A DNA stretch of 60,627 nt, the filler included, from Circinaria calcarea (Eukaryota): the NCBI GenBank assembly GCA_051942165.1. It is 10 parts of 10 records of this genome, joined end to end, with 100 filler letters (N's around TTAATTAATTAA, not from the genome) between each part and the next. Parts side by side here need not be neighbours in the genome. Positions count along the whole stretch, not along the records: positions 48,615 to 54,574 come from JAVECS010001728.1; positions 54,675 to 60,627 come from JAVECS010001729.1; 8 more parts are not named here. The stretch is one strand, 5' to 3'. The position numbers and the translations under genes were made by a program. How positions within the stretch are numbered: position 1 is the first letter of the stretch; each line of letters begins with the position of its first letter. Positions 49,215 to 60,627 of this stretch are shown in pieces. Below the pieces are notes generated by a model that saw only the letters and a program-made list of their open reading frames with translations, did not search any database and had not been told where the DNA came from.

Positions 49215-50679
49215 GAGCCCAGGATGCGAGTCTGACTGTATGGCCGTCCCAGAACGCTAGCCACCCAGGAAGGCAAGACTAGCCAGTGAAAGACCCGGCG
49301 GTTCAACCAAGGGACTGTGTTGCAAACTGTGCCATAGCTCAAGTACGAGGTAGCTGCCGATGCACAATGAGACTTTCAAACAAGGATACCAAATACCGGG
49401 CCTACACATATGCACTTTTACTCCTTCATGATACGAGTTGCCCTCTGTTGTTGTACCATCTGACAGTCTTGTAAACATGATACACTAGTGGTCCACTCTA
49501 CCAAAAGCAATCATGTACCCCCTCCCCGCCCTTATTAAAGAAAGCGAGGTAAAGTGTAGGATAATAGCACGCTATAGCAGAAATTTATCCCGAATGATTC
49601 GGGGCAGGTAATGGATGCATTCTCCGGATGGTGTGTCTGCTTTTCTAGTTCAGAGATAGGCGAGGGCTAGGATCAGCCCGATGGTAACAGAGCATTCAGT
49701 TGTGGAAACTGAATCAGTGTCCGTCTCCCTGTGACTATTACTACAGCAGCAATTGTATCTGTGAGTATGGCTAGACAACCCCGAAAGTAAACCCCCCATG
49801 CCGTTTATGACCTCCTCCAATGGTCTTAGGGTGGTAAGTTGCTTACGCTGCAAGAACCGGATCTCTACCACTAATCGATGTTAGTCCACCGGGTTACGGT
49901 CTTTGGGCTAACCCAAGGTTTGGTCAGAATGGAGATCTCTCCTCTCATCGCATCTCCACCTACTCGGCGGTTGCTCGGAGAGCTCCAAGACCTGTGGGGC
50001 CTTTTTGTTTTCGGCGCTCGGCCGGACGGGTCTTATCCAAAGATGGTACGATTGGACGTTGATGGCTATCCTAATGGCTTGCAGGACCGAGTTACTCCGT
50101 TCTTCTACCGCTGCGTGTGACATTGCTCACGGATGAACCTCGCATTCACCGCTGCTCTGGATGCCGGTCACGGGATTGCTCGGAATGCAGGGACAGATTA
50201 GTGCACCAGCACCAGAACCGAAATCGCAAATTCCCCGACAGCAATCTGCCCCGTGGAGATCATTTCGGTTGTCGTGGACGAGAACCGACGCATGCCACTA
50301 GGGTTTGACACTAAGCTTCCACCACGCATCGTCTACAGATTACCGATCATAAGCAATGTGCTCAGGAAAGTGAGGTGCGTGGATTGCGTTGCTCAGTGGC
50401 CTACTCTACAATGCCCTAGTGTCCTCTAGGGAGGTGTTGGACGGATCAGGTTTGGGTACACTCGCCACTCTCAAGAATTCTCTCCTTCATCCGTCCCTCC
50501 AACATCTCTACTGCACTGCCAGCAATGCAGAAGCAGCCTTCCGCTTTCATCCCATTCGCAGTTTTTCCGCATCGATATGGGTGACGTTTGCTACAGTCTT
50601 TTTGAATGGTGCGATGAATTTCTATTAAACCTATCCACCCTCCCCTTGGCAACTGTACAATCGATTTCATTGCAGCACC

Positions 50680-53600
50680 ATGACTCCTGATCACGTTTCA
50701 AAGAATGGTTCAGCGTATGGACATGTACTAATAGCCGACCAGTTGGACAGCCTCGCCCAAAGCGATCCAGATCATGTCTTTGCCTCCCTTCCCCGGTCTT
50801 CAACCTTCGCGCATGGGCTTTACCACATCACTCTCCGTACCCTTGCTCGGGCAGTGGACCGCGCTGCTTGGTGGCTTGAGTCGACGCTTGGGAAAAGCAG
50901 CGACTTCGAGACGATTGCGTACATCGGCCCAGGTTGGATCTTGTCACGGTTCAACTTCCTCATGCAGGGCTAATTGGTCATGGCAGCGGACCTTCGGTAC
51001 GTCATCCTCGCAATCGCTGCTACCAAAGTCGGCTATAAGGTGGGCTTCTCGGTCTTCTCGGTCGATCATCAATGCTTGGCGCTCAATAGACTGACTTCAG
51101 TCAAGACCTTGTTGCCATCTCCACGAAACAGCCTCGATGGACAGCTGTCACTTCTGGATTCGACCCAGTGCTCCACGCTGCTCAGCTCTGCCAATAGTAA
51201 CGTCGAAAGTATCTTGGCGAAGCAACAGTTACGTTCCATCGTTGTAGGAGAACTCCACGAGTGGTTGTCGGAGGAGCCTGTGCCCCATTTTCCTTACACG
51301 AAGTCATTTGAAAACTCGGTAAACGAGCCGTGGATTGTTTTGCACACATCGGGCTCTACGGGTGTTCCAAAGCCTATCGTTGTCAAGCATGGGTGGTATG
51401 CTAGTATGGATGCTCAGCATGACTTGTCACCTGTGGACGAGCACGAAATCATGTGCAAAACTCTACAGGATCCAAAGCGGCTTTTCTGTACTCTGCCTCC
51501 TTTTCATGTAGGTTCATCTCCTCCACTCCTCATGCCTAGATTGACCTGACTTGAGATCAAGTACTAACTTGGCTGCATAGGCAGGAGGCATGGTGTTGTG
51601 CCTCGTATTGCCGCTATTTTTCGGCACGACCATTATCTGGCCCCCTGTCGATCGGCCGGTCAGTGCAGACCTTATCGATGAGGTACTAGAAAACGTAGAC
51701 GTAGATGTGTGTTACATGGCTCCATCCGTATTAGAAGAGCTCAGTCGGTCGCAATCGTATTGTGAGAAGCTGAAAAGACTGGAACACGTCGGTTTCCTTG
51801 GAGGTTGGGCTCATTGGACTTACCCCTTATATTTATTCACTATGCTAACTTACTGGTAGGGCCTCTTGTACAACATGCCGGAAACACCGTAAGCAAGTAT
51901 TGCCATATCCTCAACACCGTAGGGTCTACCGAAGCGGCAATGCCACCAATATTTCTGACCGATTCAGAAGATTGGAGGTACTTTCATTATGACAGTAATC
52001 TGAAAGGCATACAGTTCCGAGATAGAGGAGAAGGCCTTTACGAGCAATTTCTTGTGCGTCATCCGTCCACGGACAGATATCACTCGTTGTGGTACACTTT
52101 TCCGGATAGCCAGGAGTATGCAACCAAAGATCTGTTTACGAAACATCCATCTAAGCCGAACTTGTGGTTATACATGGGAAGATCTGACGATGTTATCGTG
52201 CTCTCAAATGGCGAAAAGCTGAACCCTACGTCGATGGAGCAGACCTTGCGGGAGGATCCAGATATCAAAGATGTGGTTATTGTAGGTCAAGGAAAATTTG
52301 AGCCCGCTGCTTTAATTGAGCCCACCAACGGAAAAAGACTTGAAGACGTAATGAAAAGCCTTGAGCCATATCTCATCGAGGCCAATAAGAAGGCTCCTCG
52401 TCACGCAAAGCTCAACAAGGACCACATTGCTCTAACTTTACCTGACAAGCCCATGCTACGTACAGCCAAAGGGACTGTTCGCCGTGGGGCGACTGTCGAA
52501 GCCTATGCGGAAGAGATAGATCATATATATGCTAATGCCGAGGCCCGTTCGTCGACGACGGCTATGCATCTCGAACTCGAAGACAAAGCGTCGTTGACCT
52601 ACTCCCTCCAAGAGATGTTAGAATCTGTCGCGGGAACAGGAAAATTATCGCCTGACCAGGATATCTTTTCCGCAGGAGTGGACTCGCTACAGGTCATGAC
52701 CCTTGTGAGGCAACTTCGACAATCTGTTACCGCTTACGATGGTGGTATTTCCGCGGACCTGGTCACACCACGAATCGTCTATGCAAATCCTACCATTTCC
52801 AAACTAGCGGACGCTCTGCAGGAATTGGCATGCAAAAAAGAGCAGACATTTGAAACGATGGAACAAGACCGGGTTAAGAAAATGGAAAATATGCTAGCTA
52901 AACACTCGGGCAATTTGCCGAAGGCTGATGGACAGGCGAGAGAGTCCTTTGCGAGTGCTGTTGCGTTTTCAGAGGAAACCCTTACCGTCATTCTCACTGG
53001 CAGTACAGGCTCTCTTGGCTCCTATCTCCTAGATTCGATGCTCGCGTCGAAGCGAATAGCCAAAGTCATCTGTCTTAATCGAAGTTCTCATAGCGAGAGC
53101 AAGCAAAGAGATGTCAATGCGTCCCGAGGATTGACTACCGACTGGGAAAACAGGGTGCAGCTTCTTCAGGCTGATCTCAGTAGATCAGACCTTGGCTTAA
53201 ACACCACCAAGTACGAACTACTTCTTCGGGAAGCTTCTTTCATCGTTCGTAAGTACCCATGCAGCTGCTACTTCGCAATAGCCTCGGGGAGTGCTAACTT
53301 GATATCGAAAAGACAATCAATGGCAGGTGGACTTCAATCTTGCCATCGACTCGTTCGAACCGCATATCGCCGGAGTTCGCAATCTTATCAACTTCTCGAT
53401 CAAAAGTTCAAAGCGGCCACCAATCCTATATACCTCTAGCATATCTACTCTAGGGAGTTGGGGACTGAAGCACAGCGGACATAGCGTGCCCGAAACACCA
53501 ATTCATGACTTCAGCGTCACGTCACCAATGGGATACGGGGAATCAAAGTACGTGGGCGAACGCCTGCTTGAAAAAGCGGGAGAAATCTCCGGTGTTCGCT

Positions 53601-54227
53601 CTGCAGTCTGTCGAATTGGACAAATCGCAGGTCCAGTCTTGAAGGGTGGACTGTGGAACAAGCAGGAATGGCTGCCAACCGTACGCCTGTCTCCATTTGA
53701 GTGTCCTTTGACTTCAATGATACGCAAACATCTCATCAAGATCGATCTAACCGCAAATGTAGATTATCGCCAGCTCCAAATACCTCGGCAAAATCCCCCA
53801 AGATCTCGCGGGCCAAGACAGCATCAACTGGATTCCCGTTGACATACTCTCCCAAATCCTCCTAGAGCTCCTTTTCTCTGACCTCTCTTCCCCCGCGCCC
53901 GTCGCCAAATTCCACCATCTCGTCAACCCCCGCGTCATCTCCTGGAAATCCCTCGTCCCCGCCATCATCGCCCATTTCCACGGGCAGTTGAAGCCGGTTA
54001 GCTTCCAGGAGTGGGTAGAGGCTTTGAAAGAGACGTCGGCGCGGACGGAGCATTTGGCGCAGAATCCGGGAGTGAAGCTGTTGGAGTTTTTCGAGAGTAT
54101 GAGTGCCGGGGGGGTGGATGCGGAGTTGGAGACCAAGGAGACGGTGAAGGGAAGCGAGACGATGAGGGGCTTGAAGGCTGTGGGGAGGGAGTGGATGGAG
54201 ATTTGGTTGAGGCAGTGGGGATTTTGA
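50680..54227 (+). CDS. NRPS-like adenylate-forming reductase (A-T-R; carboxylic-acid-reductase type), about 7 exons
   Basis: A domain: LHTSGSTGVPKP, GSTE, GRSDDVIVLSNGEKLNP, RTAKG. T domain: DIFSAGVDSL. R domain: ILTGSTGSLG, GYGESKYVGE, RIGQIAGP. No condensation domain. Confidence 0.92.
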
Positions 54228-54574
54228 GGGATGGGCGGCCGTTTAGGGAAGTATCGTGGGGAGACATGGGACGAGAGGTCTGGGGCAACAATCATGTTAT
54301 GAATTTAGACAACGTGATTTGTGTACCTTGGTAACTAACCAACAAGATGCATAAAATTCCATTAGCAGCCACAACCTCGTACGGCAATCTTGTCTTCATT
54401 CTCGCGCTAACACCGGTTCCACTCTCCATCTCTCGCCCCCGCTAGCTAGCTTGCTACTCTCACTCTTTCTCACGGACGGATGGATTCTCCAACTCCTCAA
54501 ACCCGGCCCCCCAACACATATCTATAAGTACCCATCTTCTCCCCTCCCCTTCCCAAACACAACAATCACGGTAT

Positions 54575-54674
54575 NNNNNNNNNNNNNNNNNNNNNNNNNN
54601 NNNNNNNNNNNNNNNNNNTTAATTAATTAANNNNNNNNNNNNNNNNNNNNNNNNNNNNNNNNNNNNNNNNNNNN
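54575..54674. other. Artificial contig spacer
   Basis: N44-TTAATTAATTAA-N44. Confidence 0.98.
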
Positions 54675-55179
54675 GAATTTGTTTCACCTATGCCGGTATG
54701 TTTGCCCTCGAGTCCCTCGCCTCCGTCGGGGAGAAGTACGAAAACAGTTCCCGTGTCCGCAAAGCCTGCGACTTCTTCCTCGCTAAGCAGAAAGAAGATG
54801 GCGGCTGGGGAGAAAGTTACAAGAGCTGTGAGACGAGCGAGTATATGCATCATGCGAAGAGCCAGGTCGTGCAAACTTGTTGGGCCCTGCTGGGGCTGAT
54901 GGAGGCGGGCTTTCCGGATCGGGAGCCGATCGAGCGGGGAATCCGTTTGGTGATGGGCAGGCAGAAGAGGAATGGCGAGTGGGAGCAGGAGGCTATCGAG
55001 GGGGTGTTCAATAAGAGTTGGTAAGTTTCTCTCTGTCTCTATTCTCTTCCTCCCATCTCGCGATAACAGCTGACGGTGCTTGCCCTAGTATGGTTTCCTA
55101 CCCGAATTACAAATTCATCTTCCCCGTCAAGGCTTTGGGGATGTTTGCGAAGCGATATGGTGATATTGAGATACTATAG
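54675..55179 (+). CDS. ERG7: Oxidosqualene cyclase / lanosterol synthase 3' end, 5' truncated
   Basis: [14 protein letters not shown] repeats [10 protein letters not shown] and [32 protein letters not shown]; intron 55021-55088. Confidence 0.93.
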
Positions 55180-55216
55180 GGTTTTTGGCAGGGCTAGACT
55201 TCTTATCCAAAATAAT

Positions 55217-55545
55217 CAGCTGCCCCCTCCACTTCTTAAACTCCCATGTCTAGCAAATATTTCTTGTGTCGTTCGAGTATTTTCTTGACCACAATTTGTG
55301 TAACTCTTGCCATTCGCAACTGCTGCCCGATAGAAAAACTCCACTTTGGTACTTGTCTTCTCATCTTCTCATCATGATGACTCCACTCCCCTCTCCTCCC
55401 TTGTTTGCAAACAAAGAATGAAAGCCTGTCTGATTAAGAAGCCATCCCTTGGCGCCGCTTTTCTCCTATTCATCGTTTTTTCCCTTGGGGTTGCTTGCTT
55501 GGTCAACGAGGGATTCAAGGGGAATGAATGGGGAATGAATGGGGG
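55217..55545. repeat. Diverged direct repeat, copy A (interrupted by about 165 bp at 55318-55483); copy B at 56566-56728
   Basis: Shared collinear blocks CCACTTCTTAAAC, GTCTRGCAAAYAT, CCACAATT(T)GTGTAAC, CATTCGC and CAAGGGGAATGAATGGGGAAT. Confidence 0.75.
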
Positions 55546-55654
55546 CGGGGGTCGCAATAGTGTAGCGCGAATTAAGCGAGAGAATGTCTTTTCTACAAAT
55601 ATTTCCAGTCTGTATCATATTAGGTGGCAGGCTTCAAACGCGAAATCGAGAATC

Positions 55655-56589
55655 ATGGTTTTGGTAGCTGATATAGAACCGGAGCGCCGCTCCTTTATCG
55701 AACGCCATCTTGTTTCGATTTGTGAGCAGATACGAGCAACTGGGGATTATTACCCCACCGACTTCAATGAGTTCGGGGTGTTTCCCCCCGGTCCAAGATT
55801 GAACCATGTGGCATCCATCCTCGTAAGAATCGTGTTTCTTCCGCGTACAGGGTTAACGGATAGCTAATGTACTATATACCTACAGTCTGATTTTTATGAT
55901 GAGGTTGGCTCGCTTCCCGGCGTGTGTGTCCGGGTATCCCCGTTCGAGCTTGGGTGGAGATATAGTCTCCGGGTCCCTGTTAGTCTCTCATGTCGTGACC
56001 AATTACTGTTTTCAGTTTGAATGTGTTGTAATTCATCGTGCTCACCTCGCCTACTTGAGTTTTGCAGCATCGTAGCTTGAATCATGAAGTTACTTTTCGC
56101 CCACGCTAACAGTTAACATATAGGCAGCATCAGTTTCCTCTGCTCCCCCTCCTCGGCCCTCTCACTCCTCCGCCCCCTCTCTCCCCGTGGCTGGTATGTG
56201 TTAATGGCGTACACTCCCTACTCGTACCTCTAGACTAACGTATAAATTGGAAGGAATCGACCATGGTAGAACGACGGGCCCCGGCCCTACGGATGTAGCG
56301 TAAGTCCCATATTTTCATACATGCCAGACTGATTTTTCGTCTCGTTAGCGATATTTTCATTGCTTCATTCAGACTTGATCGCTGTGGTCATTAAGCTTTA
56401 TATCTTTCTGCCTCTTCTGAATACTGCGATTGTGACTTTGAAGCTGCGTTGTAATGCTAACAATGCGGTACATAAAGACCCCTAAGTCCCCACCACGCCG
56501 CCGCGAGCCTCTCCAGAACCTTTCGGTCAATTCTTCTCCCCGCCGGCCCTCCCCGTCCCCATCACCAGCTACCTCCTCCCACTTCTTAA
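55655..56589 (+). CDS. Orphan 5-exon gene, about 160 aa, Pro-rich C-half
   Basis: Four consecutive introns with donors GTAAGA, GTTAGT, GTATGT, GTAAGT, CTAAY branch sites and AG acceptors splice into one open frame; no recognised domain. Confidence 0.5.
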
Positions 56590-56728
56590 ACCGTCAGGTC
56601 TGGCAAACATCCTCTTCGTCGGGTACTTTGAACTTGCCACAATTGTGTAACCCCTGTCATTCGCTTGGCGTTGCTTGGTCGCGGGGGATCAAGGGGATCA
56701 AGGGGAATGAATGGGGAATAATGGGGAA
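56566..56728. repeat. Diverged direct repeat, copy B
   Basis: Collinear similarity to 55217-55317 and 55484-55545. Confidence 0.75.
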
Positions 56729-57052
56729 TTAGAAGATATTTAAACCCCTTTTTACCGTGAAGGTTTCTTGATACCTGTAGACACGCTATATCGAATCCGT
56801 GAGCAGCATACTGCAGTAGAGATTTGGTTTGATTAGCTTGATTTTGCCTTTGGTTTCCTCCCGCAATTTCCTATATCCTCGCCTTTTCCCAAATTCAAAA
56901 AATAGTGAATCCGGGCAGTCCCCCCATCGAGATGGGAGATTCACAATTCACTTCATTGAATTGGGTCAGTCATTCGGGAGTTTAAGGGAGTGGGGAATCC
57001 GCAACTGAGAGGTTTGGATTTGAGGTCTCTAAGGAGTTAGAGTAGGAGAGGG

Positions 57053-57867
57053 ATGAGGTTGTTAAACTATCTTGGGGGGTTGGGAGTGCCTTCGATTGAG
57101 TTATCCTATTTAGTATTACGGGGTTCACCACTTATTGCTTTAATACAACGGCATGGCCTCATCCCTTCCCAGCGGCTTCCGTCCGTATATATGATATCAG
57201 CTCCATCAAAACATGCAAACAGTTTTACAAAAATGTGTCGAGAATTTATAGAGAGGGCTCTTGCTAACAGTATTACTACTGTAGTGGCAGACCACTTCGT
57301 TGCTTTATTGACTAGTAGATACGAATTCTTTCGCCTTGCACAATCCGACCTTGGTGGTGTTCTTAGGGTACGCTCGATAGAAGAGATGAACGCCTACGTA
57401 CGACACAACGAGGTCATGAAAAGAGTCAATAGAGGGATCCGTATGATGCTTCTGGAACCGCTGATGACGGCTCCCATAGCGGAGCTAGAGTTCATGAGAC
57501 GTTCCGTTTCAGATACGTTGGATGTCGCATCCTTTGGTGTGGGGGTCGGCAGTTCGCGGATCCAGCTCAAGCCGCTGAGGTTGACAAACAGAAGGAGCTC
57601 TGGATGGAAAACGGTATGATCTATCACAGCCAACGTGCTCATTCGCTAACTCAAGTGCTCAAATCAGTCGAAATTGCCGGATCAGCTGTGGAACCAGGCT
57701 CGCGGTCTGGCCAGGAGTCCCTATCCGCCCAGCGGCGGGACCCGCCGCATCTAATGGCAGCAGAACAGCTTCCCAGAGAGACTGAGAAAATGATCACGAT
57801 GATGGAAGGTCAGGACCACGTCCGAAAGCCATCAGATAATGTTGGGGAAGGGAAACAGAGGGACTGA
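57053..57867 (+). CDS. Possible orphan hypothetical gene, structure unresolved
   Basis: 188-aa and 87-aa overlapping ORFs and a GCTAAC..TAG acceptor near 57283; no recognised motif. Confidence 0.3.
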
Positions 57868-60627
57868 GGGATCAATGTCCCTAAGCCTTGGACCAATAGG
57901 CAGCAATATGCCACGACATGTTTCTCGTCACCCATCTACGGGCTATCAAACTAGGGGGTGGACCTCGGTGCATTTTGTTGAACGAAGGCTTATAGGCATG
58001 CATGGTACAAAGATTGCTTGAATCTTCATGTGTTGTCAAGGGGGGTTTCCTTTCTCTTGTCGGGGGAGAAGCTTATGTAATTAAGCGTATTCAGGCAATA
58101 GTTTCTCAAACAATGGAAAACCAATCTACTTACAAAGTTCTGTTGTAGGCACAAGTGATACAGTTGAGTGCGTGGTTTAACCTTCAAGTGCGTGCTATAG
58201 CGTCAATACTACACTAATCCCTAATCGGGTTCACGGCGAGAGTTCCAATATCGAGGAAGTCGGAATGCTGCTGTTTGAGGGGAGTGAGGATGGAGTTGAT
58301 GGATTATCTTGGGGATGGCACGGATTGGGTTGGTTGGGTGGGTTGCTTTGGGGTGTGCTGGGGGAGATACGATAGAAGTTTTATATATATGAGAAACAGA
58401 GGGAAGGGGTATCGATAAGTGTGTTATTGATGAGAGAAAGCAGGGGGAAAAGGTTTGAAGAGGGTTTCGGGAACGGTAAGCTGTGGTTTTCGATGTAGTG
58501 AGGGTATGGTTGTTTTCGCTGACTTGGAGCCCCTGCTTTTAGTTGGAGAAGTAGTGGGGTTTAGGGTTTAGAGTGGAGTAAGAATCCAGTCATGCCTCGA
58601 CCTTCTGGCGACTTGGGATCCTTGAGATAATCTCCCTCAAGCTGATCCTTCTAGAGCGAGAAGGTGTCCCTGAACCAGCGCACGCATCATCAACCCTTCA
58701 GGCGCGCTCCGCCACTACCCTGTCTGTCCAAGTCGGTCGGTTTCCCTTGATGCACGCTCGTTTCTGGTAGATGCTAAGCAACAATGAAAACAGACTGCAT
58801 TTGCGCATGGCGGATCCCTCGGTGGGCGATGCTTATATGAACGAAAAGTTGAAGGCTGGCATTGAGCCATGGAGCACTGCATCCGGCTGAGATATGCCTT
58901 TCAAGATCCACTGCTATCATAATCGAGTCAACACGGTGCTTCGCCTCGGATATCAACGACTCGACACTTCGGTATGAAGACTCTTGAGGGCTCCATTAGC
59001 TTCTGATGTTTTGCGGAATTCAAGAAGCTGCGGAGAGCGCCAATAGGCGGACCTGGACTTGTGAGATGAGTTGAGGTTGGGTTAACCGGTATGGACTTGA
59101 CAATCCATCGTTTCCGGAAAATATCGGCCAGTCGTTAAGTCAAACACATGCAAAAATGCAGGGACAACCGCCTCCTGATATATATTAACGGCACAGCAAT
59201 AGCCTGCTCTTCCCGCCCCTTGGTGAAACGCAATATATGGTATAACAGAGCAATTGGCGGTAAACCACTGGATATATTATTTCGTTTGCTAATAGCTCAT
59301 CTTTTCTATCTTTTCTGCTAGGCTGAAAATCTGAGATTTCTATATATGAGTTTATGGTTTGTTTTCCTTTCCTCAATCGCAGTCTCCGGTACAAAGTTAA
59401 TACTGTCGGGCATTTCCCATCAGTCATAACACCCGAGTAGTGTTCGTTGCAGCTATTTCATTATGACTTTGAACGAGGAGTATTGTCGGCTTGGAGAGGG
59501 ATTCGTATACCTTGGCTATAAAGGTAGCAGCTCGTGTAAGTTGAAAGTTCATCCACTGCTTACATCAACTAATTAAGAACTCCACAGACGGAAACATGTT
59601 CTACCGCGGGTGGGCATGGTCAGATAAAGAGAATTCGGACTAGGCTAGCAAAACGAAATTGCAGTGTCTCGAAGTCGCACAAGATTTCGAAGGGTGTATA
59701 CCCTCGGTAAGATTGAAGAAGGATACAGACTTAATGCGGCTTCGTGATACCTATCACATACGACTGGACGAAAGTGCGGGAATGGAAAAATAAAAAAAGC
59801 TTAATATACTCTTTACCCCTTTCTTTGCCTTTCGCCTCTCCTCGTTCCTCCTATACTTTGATGATCGCCCAAACCTTATTCCAGTTAACCGCTTACGAAA
59901 TAAGTTGCGTATTACAGGGATCCCTTACTAGTCTTTTATCACTCTTTCAGAAAATTTAATATGATATATGTCTATAAGATTAAAAAGTGAACCCGGCCCA
60001 AGGGGGAAATTCCACAATCTAGCCGCAAGACTACCTAGCTGCTAAAACACGGCAGTATAAGCAGCTGGTAGCCGCCAGTCTCAAAACAAGATCTCGACGA
60101 CCTGGCTTACGTCTCTTTCGAAGCTGTATTATGAAGGTCCTCCTATTTGCGTGTTCTGGAAAGAACCTACCCCGTGACGTGGTAGTCGGCCTCGAGGAAG
60201 GTTTCCTAACTAAAACGAAGAGAAGAGACTAAGGCGGATATGTGGAAGAAGCTTCTATAGCGGGAGACTGGGAAGGAAATACCAGAAGCAGGAGGTAGAG
60301 AAGGAGGTGGAGGATAGGGAAGAGAATGAAATAGAGGAAGAATAGAAGGGAGAAAGGGCCCTGAGAGGCGTGAAGCCTTTCTATAAAGCTGGCAGTCGCC
60401 GCTATGCGAAAAGAGGTTGGCTGATGTGGGAGTTCTGGTACTATAACACTGGTGGGGTTTAGAGGGTGTCATGTGTTATCTTGGGTCTGGAGAGAAGGGG
60501 TCTATAGGAAGTGAGAGTGGCGGGGGTTTGCGTTTTAGATTGGGATACAGCATCAGGTTACGTAAGGGTGGTAAAAAAGCTGTATATAGGTGGGAAAGCG
60601 TACAGAGGGGTATCTACGCTATTGAAG

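Noticed and set aside
49790..50310. Fragmentary ORFs upstream of the NRPS-like gene as a possible pseudogene
   Set aside because: I could not assign a consistent spliced frame or recognisable family.
5988..54674. Regularly spaced TTAATTAATTAA palindromes as a CRISPR or biological repeat
   Set aside because: Always embedded in exactly 44+44 Ns; this is a six-frame-stop assembly linker.
50680..55179. Hybrid NRPS-like and triterpene cyclase gene cluster
   Set aside because: The two genes are on different contigs separated by an artificial spacer.
58550..58575. Telomere-like TTTAGGG motifs (also CCCTAAA near 13455)
   Set aside because: Only one or two imperfect units and not at a contig end.
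59780..60627. TpA-rich, possibly RIP-mutated transposon remnant
   Set aside because: No transposase or RT motif and no terminal repeats recognisable; composition alone is insufficient.

Overview
Eukaryotic DNA from a filamentous ascomycete (Pezizomycotina-type genes, short GT-AG introns with CTRAY branch sites). It is not one locus. Ten unlinked ~6-kb contigs (5987, 5982, 5982, 5981, 5973, 5971, 5970, 5968, 5960, 5953 bp, in non-increasing order) are joined by nine artificial 100-bp spacers (N44-TTAATTAATTAA-N44), so neighbourhood across a spacer means nothing. Manual splicing recovers about 25 genes or fragments: SRPK-like kinase, But2-domain secreted protein, pyroglutamyl peptidase I, a Cys-rich GPI-type wall protein, Pex24/28/29 peroxin, dynamin/SLIP-GC-like fragment, a 12-exon NMN adenylyltransferase, AA9-like LPMO with a hevein/CBM18 tail, RPL31, ELL-like factor, DUF2237, PNPOx-like protein, EPT1/CPT1, FSH1 hydrolase, BIG1/Voa1-like, RRP17, tropomyosin, a securin candidate, PhyH dioxygenase, cyanase, an A-T-R NRPS-like reductase and an ERG7 3' end. 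There is also a multiply disabled DsbA/FrnE pseudogene. The most unusual element is intergenic, at 28814-29068 on the minus strand. It looks like a tRNA-Leu-derived Pol III unit whose two halves are separated by a tightly folded RNA with cUACGg and cUUCGg tetraloops and an exposed near-perfect 5' splice site. I do not recognise it as a known RNA family. All family calls come from motif recognition by eye; no database searches were run.
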